Shown piece after piece: positions 1-13,399 of a stretch of 64,000 nucleotides of DNA (its first letter is position 1; the number at the start of each line of letters is the position of its first letter). The notes under the pieces are model-generated. The model ran no database searches and had not been told where the DNA came from. It worked only from the letters and a program-made list of their open reading frames with translations. The position numbers and the translations under genes were made by a program. This DNA comes from Eledone cirrhosa (taxonomy: Eukaryota). The stretch lies in the NCBI GenBank assembly GCA_964016885.1, contig OZ024747.1, forward strand, positions 21,576,001 to 21,640,000, in the 5' to 3' direction.

Positions 1-330
1 ACGCCGGCGTAGGCATACAATACAACGGGAGGAAACATAATAGCACCACTGACGATGTTGCAGATGTGCAACGAAAGAACTTTGTTAGACTATATATATG
101 TGTTTGTGTCTATATTATATCTGTATTTTTGACCGTTGGTCAGTCAATGGTAACATTGAGGACCGAATAAATTAAATTAACCGATATAAAAGACACAGAA
201 GCGAAAACCAACTAAACAGTGAATGTGTTCTGTTATTAATTCTGGCAATATTATTACACAAATATGACCCTCCCCATATATAACAATATTTGTTTCGACA
301 CACGATTTCATATAAAAAAACTCGCAAAAC
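1..330 (+). mobile_element. Diverged copy of dispersed HHR-bearing repeat family X (Penelope pLTR-like); runs off the window start
   Basis: Reverse-complement similarity to 60730-61060 and 55641-55890 (ggcgtagg, the HHR, atgaccctcccc...ataacaatat...acacga); ends in (TA)n. Confidence 0.6.
45..86 (+). ncRNA. Minimal type I hammerhead ribozyme (family X)
   Basis: acca-CTGACGA-t-GTTGCA(gatg)TGCAAC-GAAA-gaac-TT-tgtt: intact core, 6-bp stem II, weak stem I with 1 mismatch. Confidence 0.7.
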
Positions 331-559
331 TATATATATATATATATATACAAATATGTATATATATATTTATATATACAAATATGTGTGTTTATATATA
401 TATATACATATATATATACATATTTGTGTGTGTATATATATATAGATATATATATAAGCACATATGTATGTGTTTGTGTAAATATATATAAAGGAACGAT
501 CGACTTTCGTCAAATCGGACCGCTAATACTATCTATCGGTCGCAACTCCAGGTAGAAGG

Positions 560-675
560 AGCAACGTGAAATAAAGTGTCTTGCTCGAGGACATAACGCA
601 TTGCCTGGTCTGAGAATCGAACTCACAACCTCACGATTGCGAATCCAATTCTCTAACCACTCAGCCACACGCCTT
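560..675 (-). mobile_element. tRNA-derived SINE (family B) 5' part
   Basis: Minus strand gtggctgagtggttagag (A box) ... gagttcgattctc (B box), then gtcctcgagcaagacactttatttcacgttg. Confidence 0.75.
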
Positions 676-1086
<411 letters not shown>

Positions 1087-1141
1087 AGGCGTGAGGTTGT
1101 GAGTTCGATTCTCAGACCAGGCAATGCGTTATGTCCTCGAG

Positions 1142-1179
<38 letters not shown>

Positions 1180-1508
1180 GTTTGTAGAATATAAATGCAC
1201 AGACACACAACACACACATACACTGTCATTTAACATGTGGAATTCATTATTATTAAATGAATATTCAGGGATGTTGCCTCATTATAAGGTTCAGCCTAGA
1301 CCCTGTTGTAATGTGCCCCACCACTGCAGCTGCCGCCACCACCACCACCACCACCACCACTACAGATCAACAGTAGCAGTAGTTATCTATCTATGTTCAT
1401 TGATGTTGATGTTTTAGATATTTGTTTACGTCTGTGCAGTTATGGATATCGGGGCTGGTGGGACAGGGTAAGTGCAGCCTGTAATGATACTTGTACCATA
1501 TGTAGTTG

Positions 1509-1566
<58 letters not shown>

Positions 1567-1676
1567 AAGGATACTATTTATGGTTATGTATATAATAAAA
1601 CCTTATATAGTTATATATATTTTAAACCCTAAATCTTATTACAGTAATTCATTACTATCTTATTACTATATATATA

Positions 1677-1953
<277 letters not shown>

Positions 1954-2250
1954 ATATATACACATATATATGTGTATATGTGTGTGTGTATGTATGTGTG
2001 TATGTATATATATATATATATATATGTGTGTATATAATTGTGTGTGTTTGCGTGTGTGTTTTTATTTTATTTTTCCTTTCCTTCTTCCTTCTCCAGCCTC
2101 ACTTTCATATAGATTGCATTTTTGTTTTTAGAATCCAATATCAATAAATACACCAGGATTTTTTCATTCTGATGATTGAAAGCAACATTTTTTGCTTTTA
2201 AGAAACCACTGGTAAATGGAATAATTGCCTTATGTTGTTTATTACTTAAC

Positions 2251-2324
<74 letters not shown>

Positions 2325-2326
<2 letters not shown>

Positions 2327-2482
2327 GGTGCATGGCTTAGTGGTTAGAGCGTTGGGTTTGCAATCGTGAGTTTGTGAATTCGATCAACGGGCCGGCTGGT
2401 GCTTTGTGTCCTTGAGCAAGACACTTTATTTCACGTTGTTCCATTTAATCAGTTGTAGAAATGAGTTGTGACGTCACTGGTC
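2325..2482 (+). mobile_element. tRNA-derived SINE (family B)
   Basis: A box tggcttagtggttagag, B box gaattcgatc, then gtgtccttgagcaagacactttatttcacg. Confidence 0.75.
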
Positions 2483-2596
2483 TCCCCCCCCCCCCCCCCC
2501 CCCCCCCCCCATCCCATAAGCTGTATTGGCCATATATACATTCTCGACGTTATGCCTATCATAAATGTGGTATCTCGTGGTTGGTGCAGGAACGGA

Positions 2597-2631
<35 letters not shown>

Positions 2632-2632
2632 T

Positions 2633-2669
<37 letters not shown>

Positions 2670-2694
2670 GAAAAGCCAACACAATGCAGATAGA

Positions 2695-2832
2695 AATATT
2701 TGTTTCTACTTTTGGCACAAGGCCAGCAAATTAACCAGTACATTACTGATACTTTATTTTATTGACCCAGTAAGATGAAAGGCAAAGTTAACCTTGACGG
2801 GATTTGAACTCAGACCATAAAGGGACGTAACT
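2695..2832 (-). mobile_element. SINE family A, 5'-truncated
   Basis: Reverse complement of the ctgagttcaaatccc...gcctttcatc...ggccttgtgccaaaagtagaaac consensus. Confidence 0.75.
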
Positions 2833-3049
2833 CTTTGCTGCCAATCTGATGAAACTAGAGTTGGGTGAGGAAATAGAATGACTAATCAAAACAAAATTGA
2901 CAAAAAAGTTCTTTACTTTGAAATATGAAATATTTGGGGCAAAAATATTGTTTTGTTTATCCTACTCTACATCAATCTTTATATTTCTATCCACCATATT
3001 GTTCTAGTTTTTTTCAAACACTTCCTTTATTATTTTTCATTATTTATTA

Positions 3050-3470
3050 CGGCGGCTTGACAGTATCGGTAGAGCGTCGGACGCCATGCTTTGTATCATA
3101 GAGTTTTGGCCCTTTACTTTCTGAGTTCAAATCCCACTTGAGGTTAACTTTGCCTTTCATCATTACGGGGTCTATAAAATAAAGTACCAGTTACGTACTG
3201 GGTCGATTTAATCGACTTTCTCTTCCCCCAAAATTGCTGGCCTTCTGCCTATAGTAGAAACCATTATTTATTACATATCAAGGGCGGTGGATTGGCAGTA
3301 TCGGTAGAGGGTCGGACGCCATGCTTTGCAGCATAGTTACGTCCCTTTACGATCTAAGTTCAAATCCGCCGAGGTTGACTTTGCCTTTCATCCTTACGGG
3401 TCGATAAAATAAAGTACCAGTAATGCACTGGGTAATTGCTGGCCTTGTGCCTAAAGTAGAAACAATTATT
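3050..3470 (+). mobile_element. Two tandem SINE family A copies
   Basis: A box tggcagtatcggtagag, B box gagttcaaatccc, central gcctttcatccttacggggtcgataaaataaagtacc block (resembles the Meta/MESC SINE domain, from memory), tail aaagtagaaacaattatt. Confidence 0.85.
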
Positions 3471-3518
3471 TATTACATATCTCACAACACTTCATGTAAA
3501 CTATATATATGATGATGA

Positions 3519-3557
<39 letters not shown>

Positions 3558-3663
3558 ATCTGAGTTTTTCGAATATTAATAATAACATTCGATTCGTTTA
3601 CAATTATGCAAACAAGCCTCAATTTATAGCCATGTCAGTAGAATGAACCCTTCATTCAGTCAT

Positions 3664-3729
3664 GTGAACAGAACTGCAGACACTAATATTTCTGGTATCA
3701 CCCTTCATCAGTACAGCTCACTGTTCACC
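3664..3729 (-). ncRNA. Slightly degenerate type I hammerhead with long stem I
   Basis: Minus: gtgaacagt-gagctgta-CTGATGA-agggtgatacca-GAAA-tattagtg-TC-tgcagttc-tgttcac. Stem I is about 15 bp with a bulge; the stem II closing pair is mismatched. Confidence 0.6.
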
Positions 3730-4013
3730 TGTCTGAGCTAGTGAAAATATATGCTATTTTCAAAATACACAGTGACTGATCGGCCTGATTTGCATATTAG
3801 CAGACTGGCTGATCGAACAACTCAGATTACATTTATTGTATTCAGCCATGTAGAGCGAAATTTTTCTTTTTTATTTGAATTTGACAAAGCCGGCCATTTA
3901 TCACTCGTATACAGGAAACTGACTGGCCAGTCTGCTGATATGCAAATCTGGCTGATCAGTGGATCTGCTAATATGCAGATCTGACTGATCAGCCAGTCTG
4001 CTTATATATATAT

Positions 4014-4116
4014 AGGATTAGCGTCTGAAACGTTAAGACCCTCTTCCTAGTATATCAAGCGTTAACCAAATATATTCCTTCCATATACTGTACCGATTGT
4101 GTTATTTCTGTTTACC

Positions 4117-4121
<5 letters not shown>
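4014..4121 (+). mobile_element. 5'-truncated copy of HHR repeat family Z (3' half of HHR only)
   Basis: ggattagcgtctgaaacgttaagaccctcttcc...ttatttctgtttaccttttac matches the reverse complement of 61293-61405; CTGATGA is missing. Confidence 0.65.
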
Positions 4122-4196
<75 letters not shown>

Positions 4197-4526
4197 GAAA
4201 ACAGGGAGAAAGAGACGATTATTAGGAAGGTATCACACACACACATATATATATATACACACACACATATATATATACACACATATACACACACATATAT
4301 ATACACACACACACATATATACACACACACATATATATACATACACACACATATATACACACACACATATATATACACACACACACACACAAATACACAT
4401 ATATATACACACACACATATATCATCATCATCATCATCATCAGGTTTAGCGTCCGTGTTCCACGCTTGCATGGGTTTGGACGGGGGTTTTCCCACTTGAG
4501 GCAAGAGTGGTTGTCTTGCTCGCATA

Positions 4527-4758
4527 GGACTGTCTGGCGGGTTTTCTACAGTTGGATGCCCTTCCTAACACCAACCACATTTACAGTGTGGGGCTGGGAG
4601 GTTTTTACCGTGTTGCCTACACGGCCACATTACAGCGTGGACTGTCTGGCTGGTTTTCTACAGCTGGATGCCCTTCCTAACACCAACCACATTTACAGTG
4701 TGGGGCTGGGAGGTTTTTACCGTGTTGCCTACACGGCCACATTTACAGCGTGGACTGT
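4527..4758. repeat. About 112-bp direct duplication in the RTE 3' UTR
   Basis: ggactgtctggc...ttacagcgt occurs at 4527 and 4639 with few differences. Confidence 0.9.
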
Positions 4759-4926
4759 GTGTTTTTTGTCGTGACACCTACACGATCTCATTTGTTTCGG
4801 CCTGGATGTTGTGGGACCAACATAACTTTACATTGAAAGGGGCGGTGTGGGTGGGGTGGAGGTGGTGGGACGGGGGTGTGTTTTGATAGAGGTGCCTACT
4901 GACTGTAGTAGGTTTTTACTTTGTAT

Positions 4927-7900
4927 TTAGGTAAGGCGGGTCTTCTCTATTACTGAGTACCGCCAAAGGTCTCGGTCCAGTGACATTGTCTTGGAGAGGT
5001 GTAAGCGTGTGAGGTCGGAATTTATCAGCTCGTCCCATGTTTTTCTGGGTCTGCCTACTCCGTGGCTACCGTCTATCTTTATTGCCCTGCACTTTGTTAT
5101 ACAGCTGTCGTCTTTCATGCGCATCACGTGACCGTACCAACGTAGCCTTCTCTCGAGTAAACAACATCTGATCCCTCTTATTTCTAATTTTTTCCTTAGT
5201 TCGTTTATGCTTTGCCGTTCACGTATATTACTATTGCACATCCAGCGGAGCATGCAAGCTTCGTTCCTCTCTAGTCTGCGTATATCCTCTGCACACAATG
5301 CCCAGGTCTCACTGCCATGCAGCATTGCTGTTCGTATGCAGGCATCGTATAACCTGCCTTTCATTTTTAGGGAGAACCCTCTAGCGGCTAATAGTGGTAT
5401 AAGCTCTCTGAACTTTTTCCATCCAGTTCTGACTCTAGCTACTGTACTTTCAGAGCACCCTCCCCCACTGCTGATTTTGTCACCCAGATAACGGAAGCTG
5501 TCCACTATTTCTATAGAACCCTCTGCGCAGTTGAAGGAGCTAGTATTTTGTGGGCACTTGCTGCTACTTATTGCACCAGAGCACCGGCCACATGTAAAAT
5601 CTATGTTCTTAGTTAGCTTACCTGTGATCCCACTACATCTTTTATGCACCCATACTTTGCATTTGGGACATAAAATGGAGTTTCTACCTACGCCTTTCCT
5701 ACACACTGAGCATGGCCATTTCCCCGATGGGACCGCCGCCTTATTTTCTTTCCTACAAACTAGAACTTTAGTCTTAGCCAGGTTAATTTTAAGGCCTTTT
5801 GATTCTAGGCCGTGCTTCCACGTTTGGAATTTCTTCTCTAGTTCGGTCATTGATTCAGCTATGAGCGTTAGATCATCTGCGTATAGGAGTTCCCATGGGC
5901 AGCCGGTCTTGAACTCCTCTGTTATAGCCTGAAGGGCAATAATAAATAGTAGGGGGCTAAGTACAGAGCCCTGATGGACACCAACTTTTACGCTAAACTC
6001 TTCACTATATTCGTTGTTAATTCTAACCTTACTGACTGTTTCTTTATACATGGCTTGTATAGCTCTCACAAGCCATTCGTCAACACCTAGTTTTCTAAGA
6101 GACCACCAGATAATGGAACGGGGGACTCTGTCGAAGGCTTTCTCCAAGTCGACAAAAGCTAAGTATAGGGGTTTACTTTTAGCTAGGTACTTCTCCTGTA
6201 GTTGTCGTACAATGAAAAGAGCGTCTGTGGTACTTTTGCCTGACACAAACCCGAACTGCATTTCATCTAGATCAATTCTCTCTCTGATTAGTTGCGCTAT
6301 TACTTTTTCCGTGACCTTCATGACCTGGTCGATTAATTTAATGCCTCTATAGTTACTCCTATCTAGGGCATCTCCTTTTCCCTTATAGCAGTTAACGATG
6401 ATGCTGCTACGCCATTCCTTCGGAACAACCCCATTCTGTACGACTTGGTTAACTATCCGGGTGACCATGGTGTGTCCCACCGAACCAGATGCCTTCAGCA
6501 TCTCAGCAACTATTTCCGAAGGCCCAGCCGCCTTACCCGTCTTCATATCTTTGATTGCCTTACTTATTATACTACCTTCAACTAACACTGCTGGTCCCTC
6601 TATTGGATCGATCTGGGGGAGACTGTCTTTCTCCCATTTGTTCTCCTCATTTAGAAGCCTTTCGTAGTGACACTTCCAAGCTACCTTCTTATCAGCGTCG
6701 GTGATGGCAAGTATGCCATCGTCGTTAAGTACACACTTCTCCCCGACAATATCACGGTTTTCCTTGACACATTGCCTGGCAATCCTGAACACCTCACGTT
6801 TTTGGTCCTCACGTTGTAGAACATGCTTGAACTTTCTTTCCTCTGCTTCCCTTCTTGCGAAGTACACTTGTCTCCTAGCTTCCCTCCTGGCCACTTGATA
6901 GTCTTCTCTACTTCCCCCATCCCGCCATACTTTCCAAGCCTGCTTTTTGGCCTTAATTGACTCCTCCACCTTACTGTTCCACCACCATGTTACTCTCCTC
7001 CTACCTACAGGCCTGCTCCAGCCACAGACTTCGTCTGCCGCCGTCAGCAGGTTTGCTCTCAGGAATTCCCACTGTTCCTCTATATTATACGACTCTAATT
7101 GCTCTTCCTTACTGTCGAAAGCGTCAAGTAATTTGCTTTGAAATTTATTTCTGGCTATGGGGTCCTTTAGCTTCCATATTTTTCTCCTGAGGATAGTCCT
7201 CTTTCGCTGTCTAGTACGTCTCGTCCTGACTATGAGGTCGCTAATTATCAGTCTATGTTGGGAGGTGAATTCTTCATGGGGGTGGGATTTAGTGTTAACA
7301 ACAGACACTCTGTCACGTCTTCTGGTAAGGATATAATCTACCTGGCTTGTGTGTTCCCCCGATCTATAGGTGATCAAGTGATTGTCTCGTTTTTTGAAGT
7401 TAGTGTTACAGATAGTTAAGTTATTTGCGTCGCAGAATTCCAGGATTCTGGAGCCTTCCTCATTTCTAGTACCGAACCCATAGCCTCCATGGATTCCGTC
7501 ATAGCCGTCACAATGTTGTCCAACGTGACCATTTAGGTCGCCTGCAATAACTATATAGTCACTGTCGGTTATTTGGGAGGTAGCGAGCATCAGTGTCTCG
7601 TAGAATCTGTCTTTTATAGCGCGGGGCTGTCCGGATTGGGGTGCGTACGCAGATATTACTGTCACCGTAGTTTTATTGAGGACAAGTCTTATTTTAATTA
7701 TTCTGTCGTTCACTCTATTTACGTCTATTATCTTATCTGCCCACTTTTCTGCTACCATGATTCCTACCCCACCCAACCCATTGTCATTTCCCACCCAGAA
7801 AAGCTTATAGCATCGCTCTTTACCCACGATGAATCTAGCCGACCCTCCCCTCCACCTGGTCTCTTGAATACAACAAACATCGACCTCCTTACGTTCAAGC

Positions 7901-7947
7901 ATTTCTACAACCTCGTTAGAGCGACCCTTTAAGGTGCCTACATTCAT
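4927..7947 (-). CDS. RTE LINE polyprotein: AP endonuclease, reverse transcriptase and Cys/His (PHD-like) finger
   Basis: Uninterrupted 1006 aa. APE motifs NVGTL, IQETRW, AYAPQ, GDLNGH, QVDYIL, SQHRLI; RT motifs NYRGIKL, QFGF, FVDLEKAFDRV, GVHQGSVLSPLLF, LYADD, FRYLG; CSVC..CPKC..HKRC..CGRC; C-terminal RLRWYGHV..GRPRKTW. Confidence 0.95.
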   Translation of the reverse strand: MNVGTLKGRSNEVVEMLERKEVDVCCIQETRWRGGSARFIVGKERCYKLFWVGNDNGLGGVGIMVAEKWADKIIDVNRVNDRIIKIRLVLNKTTVTVISAYAPQSGQPRAIKDRFYETLMLATSQITDSDYIVIAGDLNGHVGQHCDGYDGIHGGYGFGTRNEEGSRILEFCDANNLTICNTNFKKRDNHLITYRSGEHTSQVDYILTRRRDRVSVVNTKSHPHEEFTSQHRLIISDLIVRTRRTRQRKRTILRRKIWKLKDPIARNKFQSKLLDAFDSKEEQLESYNIEEQWEFLRANLLTAADEVCGWSRPVGRRRVTWWWNSKVEESIKAKKQAWKVWRDGGSREDYQVARREARRQVYFARREAEERKFKHVLQREDQKREVFRIARQCVKENRDIVGEKCVLNDDGILAITDADKKVAWKCHYERLLNEENKWEKDSLPQIDPIEGPAVLVEGSIISKAIKDMKTGKAAGPSEIVAEMLKASGSVGHTMVTRIVNQVVQNGVVPKEWRSSIIVNCYKGKGDALDRSNYRGIKLIDQVMKVTEKVIAQLIRERIDLDEMQFGFVSGKSTTDALFIVRQLQEKYLAKSKPLYLAFVDLEKAFDRVPRSIIWWSLRKLGVDEWLVRAIQAMYKETVSKVRINNEYSEEFSVKVGVHQGSVLSPLLFIIALQAITEEFKTGCPWELLYADDLTLIAESMTELEKKFQTWKHGLESKGLKINLAKTKVLVCRKENKAAVPSGKWPCSVCRKGVGRNSILCPKCKVWVHKRCSGITGKLTKNIDFTCGRCSGAISSSKCPQNTSSFNCAEGSIEIVDSFRYLGDKISSGGGCSESTVARVRTGWKKFRELIPLLAARGFSLKMKGRLYDACIRTAMLHGSETWALCAEDIRRLERNEACMLRWMCNSNIRERQSINELRKKLEIRGIRCCLLERRLRWYGHVMRMKDDSCITKCRAIKIDGSHGVGRPRKTWDELINSDLTRLHLSKTMSLDRDLWRYSVIEKTRLT

Positions 7948-8315
7948 GGTACCAACTCTGAAGTTTTGGATTGCGTTTGGAGGGTGGGAGCGGTGGGGCG
8001 CGGGGGGGGGGGGGGGGATGGGGTTATGTTAGCCATCCTGGGCCGAAACAAGGAGGAGTGCTTGCATTCTCGTCAACGAGGTGAATTTGGCTTTATCTTT
8101 GGCATTGTCGCTGAGCGTCCACATTTTTCTCTCTTCAACTCTCCAGGATTCCGTAGTCCATCCATCATATCGAAAAGCAACCAGTTAAGCGATAGTATGG
8201 GCCTCTGACTTATGATTGGTCCACGTAATAATGATGGTGCGTGGGGGCGGGAGGGAGGGCTGATGGGTTGTTAGCGAGAATGTAAGGTTTAAGATAAGAT
8301 CGCCGTATTTTGGGC

Positions 8316-8487
8316 GGAACGAGTAGGACTCCGACGGCTGAGCTCAAGCCGTTTAGAATTAGCCGTCGAAACGGCTTGAGCTCAGCCGTCGGGGTCCTAC
8401 TCGTTCCTATTACCCACTCTACTACCCTAAGTATTGAGTACTTTGGTACGTTATGGTCCACCTGGTTCCTTACCACATTTCTTCCGT

Positions 8488-8490
<3 letters not shown>
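8316..8490 (+). mobile_element. Palindromic half-HHR element (family Y)
   Basis: 39-bp inverted arms 8316-8354/8369-8407 containing GAAA-cggct(tgagctc)agccg-TC-gggg, followed by an ~80-bp tail into (TA)n. Confidence 0.75.
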
Positions 8491-8573
<83 letters not shown>

Positions 8574-9079
8574 TATACCTTTCAAGGATATGAAAAGATT
8601 GAAACCCTGCATTATTTTGACGATGATGACGATGATGAAACCACACACACACACATACACACACATACACACATACACACATACACACAGCTATTAATTG
8701 CCATGCAGACACTGGGTGGGGGTGTAACATAAATGAAAATAATCACATTATAGGGTTTCATTCAAGCCTTACCCACCCCCCTCAACACACGTGCACACAA
8801 ATATGAATAGGACTAGGGATCATTATTGAAATTCTAGGTGGTGGGTGTTAGCCAATTAGTCTTTCTCTTGTTATTGTTGTTGTTGTTCTAGAAAGTATGT
8901 CAGTATTGACTTTCATGGATATTATTATTATTATTATTTGAAACTTGCTTTGAATTCTGCTCCTTTCCCATAGCTTGCCGAATGTCAACCTGATACCTGA
9001 GGCAAATTATGGCAATACACACACGATACCATAAGGGTATAAACAAAACAGTAAATGTCTTTGCAGTGTATTTGAATTG

Positions 9080-9270
9080 ATAATTGTTTCTACTTTAGGC
9101 ACAAGGCCAGCAATTACCCAGTACATTACTGGTACTTTATTTTATCGACCCCGTAAGGATGAAAGGCAAAGTTAACCTCGGCGGGATTTGAACTCAGACT
9201 GTAAAGGGACGTAACTATGCTAGAAAGGATGGCGTCCAACCCTCTACAGATACTGCCAATTCACCGCCCC
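9080..9270 (-). mobile_element. SINE family A
   Basis: Full reverse-complement match to the family A consensus. Confidence 0.85.
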
Positions 9271-9311
9271 GTATTTGAATTGATAATGCCCTTCAAACGC
9301 ATACATTCACA

Positions 9312-9391
<80 letters not shown>

Positions 9392-9536
9392 CATTGAAAG
9401 AAAGTACGAAAGAAAGAGAGAGAGAGACAGACAGAGAGAAATAGATAGTTAGAACAGGAAGAGAGAGGAGTAGATAGATCCCCTTAGTATTGACAGTTGC
9501 AAGAATGAGTCCTCAATAGAATAGTAGAGATTATTA

Positions 9537-9723
9537 TGTGGATTGGCAGTATCGGTAGAGGGTCGGACGCCATGCTTTCCAGCATAGTTACGTCCCTTTA
9601 CGATCTGAGTTCAAATCCCGCCGAGGTTAACTTTGCCTTTCATCCTTACGGGGTCTATAAAATAAAGTACCAGTAATGCACTGGGTAATTGCTGGCCTTG
9701 TGCCAAAAGTAGAAACAATTATT
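9537..9723 (+). mobile_element. SINE family A
   Basis: Full match to the consensus; inverted relative to the 9080 copy. Confidence 0.85.
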
Positions 9724-9765
9724 TTCTTTTCTTTCTCCTGCATAATCACAGAATCATCAGATAAG

Positions 9766-9839
<74 letters not shown>

Positions 9840-11143
9840 ATAATATTGATGAATACACAATAATATCGATCATGTTGTCTGTCAATCACTCGATGATAAA
9901 ATAGTTGTGAAAAGAGCCGGTGAGAGTGTACGCATCCCTTAATATTACCTAGATAACCATTATTAGTTAAAAAGTATCGTTAAGATGTTTGGCTCTCTTC
10001 AATAGGTAACATCTTATTATTTATATATAGTTCCAGCCACCCACCAAGCAGTCAAATCACAAACTGTGAAAACACATGTATAATAACAACTAAGTGGAAC
10101 GATAGAGGCAGGATAACAGGAATGCTAAAAATAGCTCCTCGTTAGGCCCTTAAGTCAGCTCAACTAGATTTATAAGTATCAGGAGCTGAGATACAGGAAT
10201 AATGTTGATCAATACACAATAATATTCATCTAATAAGATTAGATGGTTAGTTGATGATATTTTAGTTGATTGGTTGTTCAGTTCTCTGCAAATCTTTAAA
10301 GAATTGTGTTATCAAATATCTATTTCAATATATCATAAACACAATTTCTTTAAATAACAGTTATATATGAAAGAAGCAAGCATATTCTATAGTCTATACA
10401 TTTAAATTTGAATCAATACATTTCTGACTCTGCCATATATTCAGTTATTGGAGTAATGCCAGGTGACTAACATCAAAGAGCAGCCGATATACGTCCTAAA
10501 TATTTTAACAATTTTCTCTCTATTTATTTTTCTTTCTCTTTTCTTTTTGTATTTTTGTCTTTAATTTTAAACGTTTTACATTTTAGAATATTAATATTTA
10601 CATTTTAAAATAAATACATGACTATATATAACTATCTAATCATTATATAAATATGTGTTGAGTCTGTGTATGTAAATAAATAAAAGCAAGCGATACAATC
10701 ATTGTTGTGTGTGAAAATAACAAATTTTAAACACACCAACAGTGCAGTATTTATACATAATTACTTTAGAATAGAACTATAATACATTAGGGAATATATA
10801 AACAACCATAATATCATGATAGGGTATATTCTTGTCACAAAAGATATTGACTACTTTATGAGGAGAGTTGATGGTATGAGATACACAGGTAAGATAAGGG
10901 ACAATATTTCTGTACTATAGTTCATCATCATCAACATCTGCATGAAAAGTTATTTGATATTTATGACACAACATTTCTTTATTCAAACCAGTGTAGGAAC
11001 TCTTTATGAACGCTTCTTGTACTTTTTAACTTAAGTTGTCAATTAAGAATTTAATCAATAAAAAAAATCTTATAGACATTCTTCTATAAGTGCCAACCTT
11101 ATAATAATATTCTCTGCAGTGAACTAAAGTGGATTGATAGAAC

Positions 11144-11197
<54 letters not shown>

Positions 11198-12049
11198 CAG
11201 CAGCATCATCGTTTAATCATTTAACATCTATGTTCTGCTAGCAAGAGTTGGACAGGTCTACAAAGACCATGTCATTACTGAAGTAGTGCTACTGACCTCC
11301 CAGATAACCATGTCCCTGTGTATCACAAGATGCAACTAAAAGAGTTAGCACCAGGAAAGGCATCTGATCATAAAACATTACCTCATGAAAGATCCCATGA
11401 TGAGTATAAAATGACTCATGTGGCTCACAAGGCAAAGCTTTTCTTTAGCAGGGAGAAATGACTTTAAAACATTAGCTATATTCAGAATGAGCATGAAGTG
11501 TAATAGCGAAGCATAATTAGTGAGACTATAAAGCAGTTTGGGTTTCTACATACAAGCTAGCAGGACATAAAATTCCCAGATGTCATAATTAAAATGATTC
11601 AGATGCAAGATAAATTTTAACATAAAGAACAAACAGCTCCTCCTTGCATTAAATCAACCATGAAAAATACTTCTGGTAGGCTGTAAGGAAGTTAAGTATA
11701 GATGAATGGTTGTGATAGATAAACTGATATACAAGAATGTTTATTGTAAGTAAAAACATATCAGCATCAAACACAGTAAAGAAACAGGTAGGTGTTTGTA
11801 TCAGCTCTTTTCTATTGATTATACAGTTAGGAATTTGATGTCCTTGGAAACTGTTATATGTGTTCTTATTTCTGAATCTGTTAATGACAGAGGTAGAGGA
11901 AAGCATGCATATGTGTGTGTGTGTGTGTGTGTATGTGTTTGTGTTTGTGTCTGTTTGTGTAAGGGGTGTTTGAGTGAGAAGGTGAATCTGAGTAAAAGAA
12001 CGGTGAGAGTTGGGTAACTTATGTATGGAGAATGAGGTACAGAGAGAAA

Positions 12050-12325
12050 GGGAGAGAGTGAGAGAGAGAGAGAGACAGATGTGTAGAGAGAGATAGGTTG
12101 AGAGATATGGACAGAGAATGGTGACAGATATAAGGGAGAGAGTGAGAGAGAGAGAGAGACAGATGTGTAGAGAGAGATAGGTTGAGAGATATGGACAGAG
12201 AATGGTGACAGATATAAGGGAGAGAGTGAGAGAGAGAGAGAGACAGATGTGTAGAGAGAGATAGGTTGAGAGATATGGACAGAGAATGGTGACAGATATA
12301 AGGGGGAGAGAAAGAGAGAGACAGA
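12050..12325. repeat. 84-bp GA-rich tandem repeat, about 3.3 copies
   Basis: ggagagagtgagag...gtgacagatataag recurs at 12051, 12135 and 12219. Confidence 0.9.
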
Positions 12326-12915
12326 GAGACATGAAAGGAAAACAAACATGTATTCTGGCAAGGAAGATTCAACATGACAATTTTGAGAAGGTTGGTCCAT
12401 AAAATTACATGTACAACTTATTCTTTCTAGTTAAGTGGACTGAAGCAATGTAAAATAAAGTGTCTTGCCCAAGGACACAATGTGTCACTGAGAAATGAAC
12501 TCATGATCCTATGATTGTGAGCAGAACACCTTAACCACTAAGTCACACACCTTTACATTTATGTATGTATATATATATATATATGAGTGTATGTGTGTCT
12601 GTCTGTAAGCAGCAATTCTTTGCTTAAATTTTAATCTGTTATTTTAATAAATATTTGCTCTATGGTTCTTATATATATTTATATATATATTATCTTTACC
12701 GAGACCTTTTCAGATTTTAGTCTTCACATTTATTATTATTATTATTATTATTACTATATATATCATCATCATCATCATCGTTGTTTAACAATGATGATGA
12801 TATATATATGTATCTATGGGATTCATTGTTTGACAAAGCTAAATGTTTATTTATTAGAAATTTAAATACACACACACACACACAGACAGATAATTGAGAT
12901 AGCCAGACAGACAAC

Positions 12916-12949
<34 letters not shown>

Positions 12950-13399
12950 GCAGACAGAGAGAAAGAGACAAAAAGACTGATATATTTGTATTGTATACTT
13001 ACACATATGTTTGTGTATAGTTTCTTAGGTATTTTGCTATCAACTAACACATGCCAACAAATGGAAACACTGTTTATTATTGAAGTCATCATTGTCATCA
13101 TTTCTTGAGCATATAAGCTGACATACATAAGGTGTTATCTAACATGAAGGTCATTACTTATCATACCAACCTACAGCATATTGTAAAACATCCATGCATA
13201 TTGTATGTGTAGACCACCTTCAAGACATGACATTTTCTCTCCCAGTGCAAAGATCACCCACCTCACCCTTGGCAAGCTCCAGGTTGCTTGCAACCCTTTC
13301 AACTTAAAACCCATCTTCCATCATTGCCTCCTCTGCCTGACTGACCAAAGACACAACAAAAACAAAAGTGTCATAGTGAAGTAGCACTGTTGCCACGAT

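Larger units (their letters stand above)
4421..8310 (-). mobile_element. Near full-length RTE-clade LINE
   Basis: Single 3-kb APE+RT ORF, about 500-bp 3' UTR ending ...cacggacgctaaacc(TGA)n; the 5' boundary is approximate. Confidence 0.9.

Noticed and set aside
8020-8120. Possible HDV-like ribozyme in the RTE 5' region (ctcctc..gg..gctaa on the minus strand)
   Set aside because: I could not build P1 and P3 with correct lengths and spacing.
10125-10190. agctcc..ggagct stem enclosing CTGATAC (minus strand)
   Set aside because: It does not match hammerhead, twister or pistol consensus as far as I can tell.
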